DNA from: Camelus dromedarius
Lineage: Eukaryota
NCBI RefSeq assembly: GCF_036321535.1
Contig: NC_087437.1
Span: forward strand, 33,606,001-33,670,000
DNA length: 64,000 bases
Direction: 5' to 3'
Shown: positions 13,401-26,619 of the stretch, piece by piece
Position numbering within the stretch: position 1 is the first letter of the stretch
How the letters are laid out: every line of letters begins with the position of its first letter
Position numbers and translations under genes: made by a program
Notes under the pieces: model-generated
Told to the model about the DNA's origin: nothing
What the model saw: the letters and a program-made list of their open reading frames with translations, nothing else
Database searches by the model: none

Positions 13401-13939
13401 CATTCTTCCATTTTTTCCCGCAGTCTCACTAGTTCTCACGTGGGTTTTATATATTGTCTTTCTTTGGCCGCCATGTGGCTGTGAAACATCAAGATTCATT
13501 TCTCACACAAACGTACGCGTGCTGACATATCCAAGTGCGTGTTAACTCCTTTAAAGAAGCAAAAAGTATTTTCTTGGAGAAATATTTACTCATTTCATTG
13601 GCATCTCTAATGAATTAGAACTTTGGGACTTGTTTTCTTCTTTGTCATTCCTTCAGATACAGCCTGAGTCACCCAGAAAAATTAGGCTTGTATCTTCTCT
13701 ATAACCTCAAATCTTATTCGTCAGCCATATCATGCTCTGCTTTAGAGGACTTGACTCTGATCAGCACTGGGCTGGACCCAAACTGTTGTTACTACCCAGA
13801 GGAGTACACCTAAGAAATCCTTGCCTCTGCCTTGCAGCTTCTGACAACAGCCCAGCCCGGCTTGACTCTCTCCTACCCCTATCCCTCCCTGGTTGTTGTA
13901 CCTTGACTCATACCATTCCTTCAAGACTTTAAAACAGTT

Positions 13940-14830
13940 CTTTTCTTACTGAAGTATAGTTGATTTACAATGTCATGTTAGTTTCTGGTGTACAGTATAG
14001 TTATTCAGTTATACATATACATAGATATATATTCCTTTTCATATTCTTTTCATTATAGGTTATTATAAGTTATTGAGTATAATTCCCTGTGCTATACAGT
14101 AGGACCTTGTTGTTTATTCTGTACATAGTAGTTTGTATCTGCTAATCCCAAACTCCCAATTTATCCCTCCCCCTGCCTTTCCCCTTTTGTAACCATAAGT
14201 TTGTTTTCTATGTATGTGAATCTCTTTCTGTTTTGTAAATAATTTCATTTGTGTCTTTTTTAGATTCCACATGTAAGTGACATATTATATTTGTCTTTCT
14301 TTTTATGGTTTATTTTACTTAGTATGATAATCTCTAGGTCAATCCATGTTGCTGTAAATGGCATTATCTCATTCTTTTTTATGGCTGAGTAGTATTCCAT
14401 TGTATATACACACCACAACTTCTTTACCCAGTCCTCTGTCCATAGTGGACATTTAAGTTGCTTCCATGTCTTGGCTATTGTAAATAGTGCTTCTATGATC
14501 ATTGGAGTGCATGTATCTTTTTGAATTGGAGTTTTCTCTGGATATATGCCCAGGAGTGGGATTGCTGGATCATAGGGTAACTCTATTTTTAGTTTTTAAA
14601 GGAATATCCATACTGTTTTCCATAGTGGCTGCACCAATTTATATTCCCACTAATAGTGTAAGAGGGTTCCCTTTTCTCCACACCCACTCCAGCATTTATT
14701 ATTTGCGGACTTTTGAATGATGGCTATTCTGACTGGAGTGAGGTGATATCTCATTGTAGTTTTCATTTGCATTTCTCTAATAATTAGCAATGTTGAGCAT
14801 TTTTCTATGTGCCTGATGGCCATCTGTATA
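13940..14830 (-). mobile_element. 5'-truncated L1 (ORF2 C-terminus plus 3' UTR), relatively young
   Basis: ORF 14260..14502 encodes L1 ORF2 C-terminus (ALFTIAKTWKQLKCP..WVKKLW..YTMEYYSAIKKNEIMPF); 3' UTR antisense tgaagtatagttgatttacaat. Confidence 0.95.
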
Positions 14831-14859
14831 AGACTCTCCCATCTTAAGAGTAAAAGGAA

Positions 14860-15000
14860 TACAAACTTGTATTTAGTGCCTATTATGTGTTGGTTACTTA
14901 TCTCATTTAATCCTCATAACAATTTTTTGAGTTAACTGTTATTATCCTCATTTTTCAGATAAGAAAACCAAGACTCACAGAGGTTAAGTTAACTAATGTT
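14860..15000 (-). mobile_element. MIR
   Basis: tctcatttaatcctcataacaa...attatcctcatttttcagataagaaaac...agaggttaagt. Confidence 0.85.
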
Positions 15001-15369
15001 TTAAGTTAGTAAACTGGCTTGATCCAATGGCAGAACCATGGATGCTACCTTCATTAGCCCATTCCAAGTTCTCCTCTTTTTCCCCTCACAACCATATTTA
15101 TTAACTAAATAACAAATTGCTTACTTAAATTTTACTTCCACGTGATTTACTAGTGAGTCATCTGTGTATGAGTTATTTAAAATGTAGCTACACACTGAAT
15201 ATACAGTCTGTAGCTTCTTAACCAACCTAAAGCATTCTTTACTAGTCAGCAATACAGAAAGAAACCCCGCTGACCACTTATTTCTTTAACTACTCACTTA
15301 ACTTGTGGGTATAGTTCACCATCTGTAACAACCTTCTCCAGGGAAAGGGTAATACGTACGTGAATGGTA

Positions 15370-15571
15370 ATAGTGGTGTGCTGGTGAATGTGTATTAACA
15401 GCTGTCTGAATAAAAGTCTTGATTACTAATCAAGTTTGTGCCAGCTTCTGTGGTGTAAATAGTCCCACCATGAAGAGTGTTTACTAATGCCTGTGTCTAA
15501 GGACTGTCTTTCAAAATTCCTAAAAAATTAGCAATCACAAGGTCATCTGAGCTAGTTTCAGGACGTCACTG
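15370..15571. mobile_element. MER63-like hAT-Blackjack element
   Basis: agtggtgtgctggtgaatg...ctgtggtgtaaatagtcccaccatg...ttcaaaattcct...gtcactg termini. Confidence 0.65.
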
Positions 15572-16389
15572 AATTAGCTAACAGTTACTGAGCGCTCACT
15601 AGGTGGTGTGCACCACTCCACATGCTCAGAGGTACTATATCAGATAATCCCACAGTACCTTATTTCCATTCCACACATGTGGAAATTGGAAGAGTAAGGA
15701 AATTGCCCAAGGATGTGTCCTAAGTGTGGGAGCTAGGATTGTCCTGGATACCTAAAAATGAAAAATATGTAAAACTCTACTATTTTAGCCTTCTTTATTT
15801 CTAATAACTTAGAAGAATCTGAATTTTGTCATCATATAACTTATGAAGAAAATGTATTTTTAAAATAAATATGTAATTTTCTACCATAGTAGGATTAAGT
15901 ACCAGGAAGGCAGGATTCTGATCTTCTGGTGTGTTTGTATACCTACTGTTTAGTTCAGTGCCCAGCATGTAGCGAAAACTCATGCAGGATGTTGAAAGAA
16001 TGGAATGTAATAATTCTTATCCCTTCATTAACAGTTGTCTAAAACCTCTGTAAGTTATGTACATGCATTTAAAATAATTAACTATTTTATGTTTATATCT
16101 CTTGATAAAGTAATATCATTCCTGGAAATTTATCCTTAGGAACTAATTCGAAAGGAGGAAGAAAAAAAGCTTTAGAAAGGAAAAGTCCGTTGTAGTTCTA
16201 GCTACATAGCAGAGAAATATGACATACATAAATGTCCAATAATAGGAAAAAGCTAAATTACAGTACATTTCTTCAAATGAATTTTGTGCAGCCAATAAAA
16301 AAGATAAGAAGAAGTTAATTTAGCAAGGCAGAAAAGTAAAGCAGAATACATTTGACTTGATCCCATAACACAGGGGCCATGTTACAGAG

Positions 16390-16590
16390 TGGCCAGCAGT
16401 ACAGACTTCAGATTTGGGGCCCACCAGAACTCAATTCCAGGATCTTTCAACTTGCCACACCACCTAGTGCAAGCTGTTTAACCTTCCTAAGTCTCAGTCT
16501 CCCCTATGCAGTGGGGACATTGCTCTCAGGGTCATTGCGGAGATTAAGTGAGTAACTATGGACAGTGCCCAGGACAGCACCTGGCGCCCT
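16390..16590 (+). mobile_element. MIR
   Basis: gcaagctgtttaaccttcctaagtctcagt...gagattaagtgag...agcacctggc. Confidence 0.7.
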
Positions 16591-19500
16591 GATCTATGCA
16601 GATGGACAGGGACTGGCAGAGAATATGGACCAGGGAAAATAACTGATGCTTTTGGGTAGGGAGATTGTGGATTAATTATTTTTAGTTCAAAAATTTTTAT
16701 TATATGACACATATGCAACATGTAACAGCTAATTAAAAAATAAAGTCACTTTTAAAATATCCTACAAATTAGGTTTACCTCTAATTTAGACAATCTTCCT
16801 TCAAAACAAGTGAGGTCACTCAGTTATTAGGCCATGACTCCTCTCAGGGATCCCACGAGCAGAACAGATGCTTCTACATTTCCTGCTACACATGAACTGT
16901 TGAGACTCGCCACCATTCACTGTTTCACCCAATTTCTGCCAGACACGTGGAATAGACTCATTTACATGCTAGCAGGATGCACATAGAGCTGTGCTTATCT
17001 GATAATGATGATGATGTTGGCCTGGTCCTTTGGATTCCTGCTCACGTATGGGTGGAAGGTATCTTGTAACCTTTCAGGGTATCAGTTCACACACTCTTGT
17101 TTCTCTTCTTTCTTGTTCATCTTCCTCTTATCAAACTAAAATTGGTAAAGATGAATTTAAGGTGTCTGCATTATCCCTTGACCTGCAAACAGCTCAAAAT
17201 GTTTCCACACCAAAACTTTCATTCTCATAAATCTTATTTAGGTGAACACATTGCTGGATCCACAGTGCAATACTTGGATCAAAGTTATACTCAAAGCAAG
17301 ATTGTTGGGTACATAATACATCTGAAGTCATTATGATAGAGTTCCATGTAGCAAGAATCAATACTAATTATCTTGGTGTAAATTATTTTCATTCTTCAGG
17401 GCCTCAAGACTCAGAGAAATTTTTAGAGAAAATAGCCTTCTGAGTCTTCAGCTCAAGCAGAAGGAAAATCCAGAGTTCAGAGTAAGCTCAAGGCTTGCCA
17501 CCACCTGCTCAAATGTGAGAGCAGCGCCTTGGGCCCACCCAAGTCTGCTTAGATTCCTCTTATTAGTGGGAGCATTTAATTAAACCAAGACAGTCTTTCT
17601 CCCTGACCAGGGCAACTACTGATGAGAATAAAATTGATGGGAGATGAACAGTTAACAGCAGGAGATACATGGGAACAAGAAATAAAAGAGCCATAGTCAA
17701 ACTGAAGAATATTGCTGTAGTATATTATATTTGACATTTACTGCTGTGTCTAATAACGCATCCCTCACTTCTCTCCAGCAGCCATGTGACTGACTTCATT
17801 ATTTTAAATTTTGGAAGCTTTTGTTTTTGAAAAATGACAAAAATCTCAGTTCTCCATTCCTCATTAGGGTGCATATTTAATTGTGTTCTTCTGTTCATTA
17901 TATTTGAATGTTGCCATTCAACCAGAGGAGCACTGGCAAAAATCATGTAAATGGCTATGCCTGGCTTTTCCAAGGTATTTAAAATTCTATCGTGGTTTCC
18001 ATAAGCCACAGACAGTGGGTTATTTTTCATGGACAGACAGTGCATTCTTCTCTTGGGGTTTTTATGGACAGACTGTATAAAATGATAACACAATGAATGG
18101 AGGACCAGCTCTACTATATCAAAGGCTTAAATCAGCTATTTCAGACAGAAACTCAATGTGGGAGAGCACGCTTCAAATAGGTTTGCAGGTACAGCTAGAA
18201 CACAAAATTTCAGCATCTTTTGTGATTAATTCTCAAGAAAGGTTAATGACATTTTTTACAATTCATTAGCGCTAAGGTGAGGGAGATTTCAGTAATGTAG
18301 GTTCAGGTGTTGACCTGCATAAAATCCTTAAGATTTGCATGCCAGAATTAAAATAGAGATGTGATTCATCTTCACAATAGCAGGGGTTTGGATTACTGTG
18401 GAAGGTATAGCAAAGGTGAATCTGCTACCTGCCTGTTCATAGTCCCTTCTCTGTCACATGATAGTTTTGATGAATTTTATAATACCATATTCACTAAACT
18501 CATTTCCACACTCTCCTTTCCTGAAAAGGACATTTCTTCATTGTAATTGTTTAAAAAGACGCTATTTTGAGGTTAATTTATAATCAACCCTAACTTAATC
18601 ATAGTCTTCAGAGCTTCCACTCTGTTGTGTCTTTTTTAAACCTGTTGTGAAAATGGTTGAAACTAAAGTGATTTCTTAAAACTATCTCTAAGGAGTGTGA
18701 AGAAATGTCTATTTGCAGTTAATGATCCAGAAAATCAAGAATTACCCCCAGTTTGCCAATAAAGAGTATTTTTTATCAGTTTGAAATTCTTTTTAATGGA
18801 AAAAATTCACATGGAATTAATTTTTATGCATAGCCTTTAATACAAACCTAAATTCCTGACAACCCAGGTATGACATGTGATCAGATCTCTTTTCTAGTTG
18901 TGTTTCCTTGGGAACCCTAAGTTTGTACATAAATTCTCTTTATCCAAAACTGTTATGGCCACACTTTTATAATGATTAGTATTTAATAACCAGATTCACT
19001 ATTCAATAAATTATAATCAGGTTATGTAACACATATGAAAATAATTTTTTTAAAAATTGAAAGAATTTCAGCATCATAGTCTACAAGCTTCCCATTTCAT
19101 CTTTTTCTAATCAAAGTGATTGATAAACCTGTAAAGGAATTATATTGTACAATACACTGGAGAGAAGGTACCATATTTTTGGCTATCCAAAAAACAATAG
19201 GGAGAAAATGCATCTTCACTTACTCATGAAGTACAATACTCTTCATGATAAATCTATTTTATTCACTCTTTTATTTATGTCTCCTTTGCTCTCAAGAGGG
19301 GGGTAAGGTGGTGTATCATTAGGATGACCATATAATTTATCATCCAAAATTTTGAGATTAATATTAATCGTAATACTGGGACAACAGGCATAAACTAGCA
19401 CTATCTCAGGAAAGCTGAAACACTTACCAAAAAGCTGAAAAAATAATAAAACCATAGCTTAGGCAACATAAGACAAAAAGAAAAAGAAGGGATAAGAAGG

Positions 19501-19628
19501 AAGAGGTAAGTAAAAACCATTCCAGAATGTCTGCTTTACTTTGATCTGTCTGGACACAACATATATCACTCAGCAGGTTAAGAGTCGGGAATCTCCGATA
19601 TCACTGTTTGCTAAATAATTAGAAATAC

Positions 19629-20290
19629 TGTCTTAGTCAGGGTAGGGTAATTGTTGTAATAAAGAAATCCAAAATCTCAATGACATAAGACAGTAATTTT
19701 TTATTTCTCACTCACATCACAGTTCAGTGTAGATTGGTGAGACAAGAACCTAGGCAGACAGAGGTTCTTTTCTCATTGAACTTGGGGCAAACAATGTAGC
19801 CTTGTATATAAACATCCAGTAAAAAGACAAGAGTTGAATGAGACTGTGGAGAATCTCATGGAACTCTTGTCATGTTCCAGTTCTGAAAGTGACATGCATC
19901 ACTTTCTCCCATGTTCAATGGCCAATCCTCAACTGCATGACCCCACCTAACTTCAAGGGAGACTGAGGAATATGGTCTGGCTGTCCACCAGGAGGAAGTG
20001 GAAATGGAGTTTGGTGAACACAACAATTCCCATCACTCTCCACCATTTTGGTTACCAAGTGTTTTCACTCTTCCTCCTATATATGGAGTAGTGAAATCTC
20101 ATATAGTTCCTGCATGGAGCTCAAACTCTAGAATCTCTTTACCAGCTTCCGATGTGGCTCCTTATGATCTGCTGACCTATGATTCAGAAAGGCAAATTAT
20201 CAACTCCCCACCCTCCTTTTCCATACATTCAGTAAACCATGGTGGAGCAGGGATAAACACCATAGTTGACATTTTCTGTAGGGAAAACAG
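19629..20290 (-). mobile_element. Old MLT1 LTR (to about 20030) with adjacent MLT1-internal sequence
   Basis: tgtcttagtcaggg...aaaatctcaatgac..tttatttctcactcac; gaaagtgacatgcatcacttt; then gatgtggctccttatgatctgctgacctatga, typical of MLT1-int. Confidence 0.7.
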
Positions 20291-20924
20291 ATAATCAGTA
20301 GTCAGCTAGAAAGCATTTTTCTTACCTTTGCTTTTGCAGAACCTTGCATTTTTCTTTAGCTTCTATCACAAATGTCATCTTCTTTCCTTTTTGCTGTTAC
20401 TCCTCTTGAGAAATCACCAGTGTTTGTATAGTACTAAGAACACATTAAATCTGTTTGCTCTTTTGTAACTCAGATTAGCAATTTTGCAGCTACTTAGAAA
20501 GACCCTCTACAATCCTCATTATTTAAAGCATATAATGGAGTTAACAAGAAAAAGAGCTTTTTTATCAGTGATTGTAAGGATTATGGAAGAAGATTTATGA
20601 GCTCTAAAAGAGTTGAGAAAATTACTTCTGAACCAAAATATATAGGAAAGGAGGAAATAGTATAAGAGCAAAGTTATTTAGTTTCCTGACATTCAAATTA
20701 TTGTTAACTGGCTTATCTCTTCCTATGTCTCCCTAACCATTGGTACTTTCCACTTGTTTGTTTTTATATTTAGTGCCTAGCAACCATAATGATATCACTT
20801 GATTTCGTTGGCGCAATACCACCACTGTAGAGAACTGGGAAAATGTGTGAAAGTCTGATAATATTTACTGAAGATTTAAAATCCTGAAATGAAAATAGGA
20901 GAATAGCAAGTAAGCAGTTTTATT

Positions 20925-21520
20925 TCTTAATTCTTAATCTCAAAATAATTTTAGACTTACAGAGGCGTTGCAACCAGTGTATAGAGTTCCAGTATAGCCC
21001 TTATGCAGTTTCTCCTAACATTAACATCTAACACAACCATGGTACAGTTTTCAGAAGTAAGAAATTAATTTGGTGTAATTCTATTAAGCAAACCACAGGC
21101 TTTAGTTGGCTCTCATCATTTTCCCACTCATGTTCTTTCTCTGTACCAGGATTTGATCCAGGAACACATGTTGTCGTCATGTCTCCTTAGTCTCCTCCAA
21201 CCTGTGTCTGTTACTCATTATTTCTTTATCCTCCATCACCTTAACTCTTTTGGAGAATATTTTCAGGTATTTTGCAGAATGACTCGAACTTTGGTTTGTA
21301 TGAGTTTTTCTCCAGGTTAGACTAAGGTTATGGAATTTGGGCAGGAATACCCCAGGGGTAAAGTGCCTGTCTTGCTGTGTGGTATAGGGAGCCTCATGAC
21401 ATCCACCTGACTTCTCACTAGTGATATTGTGGTCGATCACTTGGGTAGGTGGTGCCTGTCAGGTTTTTTTCATTGTAAAGGTACTTTGTCTTTGATAAAC
21501 ATTTTGGGGGAGACACTTTG
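20925..21520 (-). mobile_element. L1MB/L1MC-type 3' end
   Basis: aaataattttagacttacagag..ttgcaa...aacatctaacacaaccatggtaca...catgtctccttagtctcctcca...tattttgcagaatg. Confidence 0.8.
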
Positions 21521-21779
21521 TGTAGGGTCTGCATCTCATCTCTCACTGCAGGCACCTGCCTTCCCCCAGGTTCTGGACAGTTAGTTGCCCTGAAACCTCA
21601 GCACTCTGATTGTTAAGAGACAATTTGTGAACTTTCTGTTTGTTCAGCATTTTTCTCATCAGGTTGAGAGCTTCTCTGTTTTCACCTCTCAATGGAAACC
21701 AGAAATCCAATATTTGAGGTTTAAATAAATGGTCTTCATATTAACGGTCACTGTAAGTTGTCATGGTGATCAATACTCC

Positions 21780-22230
21780 ACCATCCATTCTTTTCCAGAA
21801 GATCAGCCTTAGTCAAATTTTATCATCCCACTTCTCCTGCCAGTGATTGGTTCTGGGGTAGGATGTGACTCACTCTTGTCCAATGAGATAGGAGGGAAAG
21901 TGTGCTACAGTCCTCCTAAGGGTAAGTTCTTTCTCTTAATAGAAGGAAATAAGGAAAAGTAACCTTCTTCTACCTTGGGCATAGCTATTTCTTGATATAT
22001 TGCCTGAAACTATGACCACCATCTTGTTTCCAGTATGAAAATGAAGCCAATACAGAGGACAGCAGAACAAAAATGTGGAAAGAGCCTGGATCTTTATGGG
22101 CATTCCTCAGCTGCTGTGCCAGTCAATCATGGAATCAAGTCTATCTGTGATTTTTCTACCTATGTATTACTGGTTTATTGTTTAAGCTCAATTTGAGCCT
22201 TGGTATTTCAGTTACTTCAATCCAATGACT
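21780..22230 (+). mobile_element. Old MLT1 (J/K-like) LTR
   Basis: gccagtgattggttc..gg..atgtgactca..tccaatgaga; accatcttg; gaaagagcctggatct; ttattgtttaagc...ttcagttactt. Confidence 0.75.
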
Positions 22231-22249
22231 TGTAACTCTTATCACCACT

Positions 22250-22625
22250 TTAAGTGAAGTATGATTTTTGTGCAAATTTATGCTACAATCTTTTTACCCA
22301 TGGACATTCAGGTTGTTTCCAGTTTTTAGCTTGTAGGAACAGTATAGCTATAGATGCTCCAGTTTCACATCTTCTAGTGAATATGTCCACACTTCTTTTA
22401 TGTGTATACCTAAGAATGAAATTGCTCAGTTATAAACTCTGTGCATGCTCAGCTTTAATAAAATACTATTAAATACTTTTCTAAAGGGGTTATATCAATT
22501 CACCTTCTCAACAGAATTGTGTGAGAGTTACAGTTGCTCCATGTCCTTGTCAACTCTTGGTTTTATCAGTCTTTTAGGCATTCTGATGCATTTGTACTTG
22601 TAGTAGTATCACATTGTGATTAATG
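22250..22625 (-). mobile_element. L1M fragment
   Basis: atggacattcaggttgtttccagttttt...tatacctaagaatgaaattgct...gttgctccatgtccttgtcaac. Confidence 0.8.
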
Positions 22626-23334
22626 ATATTTATATACATATTAATATTTATATTCATATCCATTCTATATCAATTTCTATGTATTTTGTCATTTGAGAAT
22701 CATAGTCTGAGTGTAAATTGTTGGAAGACCGCCAAAAGACAATTCATATTCATACAAACTATAGGTCCTTATACTGTACTTGAAAGTCAGGTGGTGAAAA
22801 GGGAGAGATTAAGCTTAAGTGTATGTTGTCCAAAGATTAAGCTCTAGTCCATTTCTAAGGGTAGATTTGTTTGTAAAGTAAAATAACAAGGTAGAACAAG
22901 AGGCAGAAGCTGCTTCAGCTGATAATGTGAGAGATGAAACATACCAGTGGGAGAGACATAATAAAAAGCACAATGGAAAGAAGTCTTCAGTAGATGACTA
23001 CTCTCTTTGGGCTCATCTGTAAAGTGAAGAAGAGTTAGATGATTTCCATTTTCTTCTTCCTCCCATCTGTAGCATTCTATGGTTAGTGATTTTCTCCTCA
23101 AGAATTTTCTTTATATCCTTTTAATACAAATATTGATTGTCATCCACACAAAACCCTGAGACCAAGTGTGGTATCAGGAGGGTGCCCTGAGGTTCAAAGC
23201 ATTGCCCCTGATCATTGGAGAACAGGTGTTTTGATGAAAGTATCTCTTTGGTTCACATCTAAATGTGGGCTGTGGTGATATGGACACTTCACTGGAGAAA
23301 AAGCTTCATTTTCTCTCATATTTGTGAACAGTAG

Positions 23335-23677
23335 TACTAACCTGAAATAAATAGATGCCCAGATATTGCTCCAGCAAAGATGGAGATCTTTATTCAGGAT
23401 CAGCAGAGAATTGCAGTTTGGGGTCTGTGACCATCAAGCCACATGCAAGTTCCCCCATGGCAAGGGAAGGAGAAATCATTTTATAGAGGGGAAAGAAAGT
23501 TGGCAGGTCTACAGTAAACAGAAAGTCCATGGCTTTTCATTGGCTGAGTCCTCGCCAGGAAGGAACAGTCTTTCTTATTCCTGTTGGGCTCTGCTGTAGT
23601 TACAGGGCATGAACGCTCTCCCTTCTGGTCTCCTGACTCTATTTAATTGAGATTTCTGTGTATTAATTTTTTTTACG
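23335..23677 (-). mobile_element. ERV1-like solo LTR
   Basis: Antisense LTR layout with tttatt (polyA signal), ttttatag (TATA) and cattggctgagtcc (CCAAT); resembles laurasiatherian ERV1 LTRs. Confidence 0.65.
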
Positions 23678-25033
23678 GTAATAAAGGTCAATATTTCAAA
23701 AGTTGGAGCATGAAAAGCCCTAGATGTTGGTTCTGAGAGGAGAGAGCTAGCTGTAAAACAGACGGATAGCTATTCAGGCCTCAAAACGCCTTAACAAAAA
23801 CACATCTACATGTTGGTAACCTGAATACCTGTTATAAATGTCTAGCAAGTCTATGTCTTTATTTGGGGTGCATTATTTAGGGTATGTTTTTAAAATCGTG
23901 AATTATGGTTAAGAACTGGGCCAGATCGTTTGTCCAGTGAATATGTTAACGTTCTATTAAAATGTCAGTGGGGGCAACTTTCTCTTGTGCAGTGATGTTA
24001 ATATTTAAAATCTGTTTGTATAAGCAGTTATCTTCTCTGACATTAATGCCTCATTTTCCATTTGCTTTGAAATCTGTTGCTCTTTTTTTGAAAACATTCA
24101 TCCACGTGTTGTTTTCTAGTTTTTAAGTGTAATTAATGATAAAAGCATTTCCTCCTCTTTTATAATCATGGTTTACTCTTCATCTGAATCTATCAGGCAG
24201 TACTTACTGTTGGCCAATTAAGTGTTACAGCATGTGACAGGTTTGCTCTGTTGATGCTCTAATAGCATGTCCCTGTGGCACAGATAATGAGACATGGGTT
24301 TGCTTGGCAACCTGGTTCCAGTGGTTTCCCTCTGACTATCAATCTAATGCAAGCTCAGAGCCTCTTGGCATTTTGAACTTAAGGGCCATTTATTTTGGAC
24401 ATATGGTGGTGAGTCCTCGGTTTTCTTTAAAAGTAGTGTGCTCTTGGCTGGACATTTTTATTTATGAAGTGCATTTTTGTTTATAGGACACTTTCTTAAT
24501 TTCTGTAATTTTCAAAAATGTGCAGAGGGCAGCATGGAATGACTGTGCACCATGCAGTATCATGGCTGTGCTTCCAGCACCAGCTCCCTTATTTACCAAC
24601 CAGGTGGCTTTTGAAAATTCATTTAATCTCTCTCTCTCTCTCTCTGCCATCTGAAAAAATAAAGACAATGGCATCTACCAGGGAGGGTTTTTGCAAATTT
24701 AGATATAAGAAATTTAAAGTATCTGGCAATAAAATGATTATTTGGTGTTATTTTAATTACAAGAAGCACCCCTCTTCCTCACGCATGTGTTGTGTCTTTA
24801 GAGACAAACCGTCCATCTTTCTGCAGTAACCTCTCTTCATTTCAACTGGATAAATGACTGGCAATCTGAGAAATAAAGACCAATGATAATTTAGAGATGC
24901 CTGATATGTTTTGCTTCTTTTATGAAGCAGACTCTGCTAAGATAAATACTTAAATATAAAGATATTATGCCAATGATTTATTCTTTCAGGGAAGACTTGA
25001 CATAGAAAAAAAGTAGATTTTTATTTTTAAAAA

Positions 25034-25210
25034 CTAACTCTTTTTTATTGGCTTTTAATTTCCTTTCTAGGAAGCCATACTATTTTGAGAAGATAAAGTC
25101 ATTGTCCACTCAGATAAAGTAAAATGAACATCTTTAAGGTTTCTAGACAATGGCATGCATCCTAAATATTGTTGTTGAATAATAAAGGTTTGAAATTTCT
25201 TTTAACCATC
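25034..25210 (+). other. Candidate short terminal exon (acceptor before 25071)
   Basis: Branch point CTAAC 25034-38, polypyrimidine tract, TAG 25068-70; stops in all three frames within about 50 nt; AATAAA 25181-86. Confidence 0.3.
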
Positions 25211-26054
25211 CTCTTATAGTGATGTAGTTTTGACCTTGTACTTGCTAATTCTTCTGACACCTGGGACATACGTTACTTAGTGAGCTACTCTTTCTAAGTA
25301 GTGCTTTAATCAGGGAATACATAAATGTCTTTTGCTCTAAATCCATTTTATCTGCATGAAAAGTGTTATTCTACACTATGTCTTTGCAGATAGTTCCTAT
25401 CAGTTTGCCCAGGCAGAAGACACCAGAATTGTGCCACATTTGGGGCAGAATTAGAGGACTAGATTTAAGTGGTTAATAAAAAATCTTAAGTCTAACTTCC
25501 TAACCCTGAGTGTGAGACACTAGGGCTCCTGAATTGCCTAATTTGCATTGAACACCTTGTATGTGGCAAACACCATTTAGGTGCTTCAGAAATAACAGTC
25601 AACGAAACAGACAAAATCTGCAGAGTCTGTATCCTGACGTGAGGGACATCACTTTATACTTGTAGTGAGACTAACATAAAGTCAAAATTATTGGGTACCA
25701 GCAAGCACTAGCATCTTAACATGGCCACTCTGTCTCTGACATCTCGCAATTTACTGGAAGCCTTGGGATCCCAAGTCCCTTTTGCTGCCTCTGTCTTATA
25801 ACCCAGCTCTGTTGTCAGAGTCCAAGGGAGCAGTGCCCCTAGTTGCCCCCTGCCCCTAACTAGCACCTAGAGTGCTGAATGTCTGAATGTGTCTGACAGC
25901 CACAAGGTCACACCAGGAGGTGAGACTGAGCCTGTGTCCAAGTGTCCAAGTGAAAAGTACATTCAGCAGAAGGTCAGGCCAGGTCCCAGCTGAGCTCATT
26001 CCTCCGTTGTGGCCCCGCTAGATAATTCTGTCCTGAACAGCATTTGTCCTCTTT

Positions 26055-26197
26055 GCCAAGTCTAAGAATTATCGGGGATTCTTGTTAAACGTGCTGCATC
26101 GGGGCAGGAATCTGTACTTTTAACAACATCCTCCCCAGTACTCCCCCTGCCCTGGTAATTGTGATGCGGAGCATCTAACTGACCTTTGAGAAACGTT
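26055..26197. mobile_element. MER5-like hAT-Charlie fragment
   Basis: agaattatcgggga..ttgttaaa...caggaatctgtacttttaacaa...ggtaattgtgatgc...ctttgagaaac. Confidence 0.6.
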
Positions 26198-26619
26198 TTG
26201 GGCTCTGATCCTCCCTAAGGTGGGAAAAAAAGGGCTGGGAGAGGGATAAAGTTCCCTTGTAATAATATGGCTATTAGTGAACAGACTCGAGGCTATGGAA
26301 CTGTTTTGAATGCAAAATTCAGGAATACCAGGAACCTCTCCGTCTGTAACACAGTGATCACCAGAGTTCGTTTATCTTCTTTGTCACTGACTGCTTCAGA
26401 TCTAACTGCTTTGTTCATAGGGCAACATTCCTGATAGTGAAGGACGGGAAAGCTCTTTTCTATATAATTATCTTGGGTCCCCGCACAAGGGATTAGCATT
26501 AAAGTTACTTTTGTAAAACATTGCTATTATTTTTTAAGGCTGTATTTTATATATTGAATCAAGTGTCTTTATGGGAAAATGGCCACTCTTCTGTTACTCC
26601 AAGTGTTGCAAAAATTAGA

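Noticed and set aside
14260..14720. Two adjacent ORFs on opposite strands
   Set aside because: They are sense and antisense readings of a truncated L1.
20321..20430. Minus-strand exon ending at a strong AG|GTAAG donor
   Set aside because: No convincing acceptor, the peptide is unrecognised, and the sequence looks like a decayed repeat.
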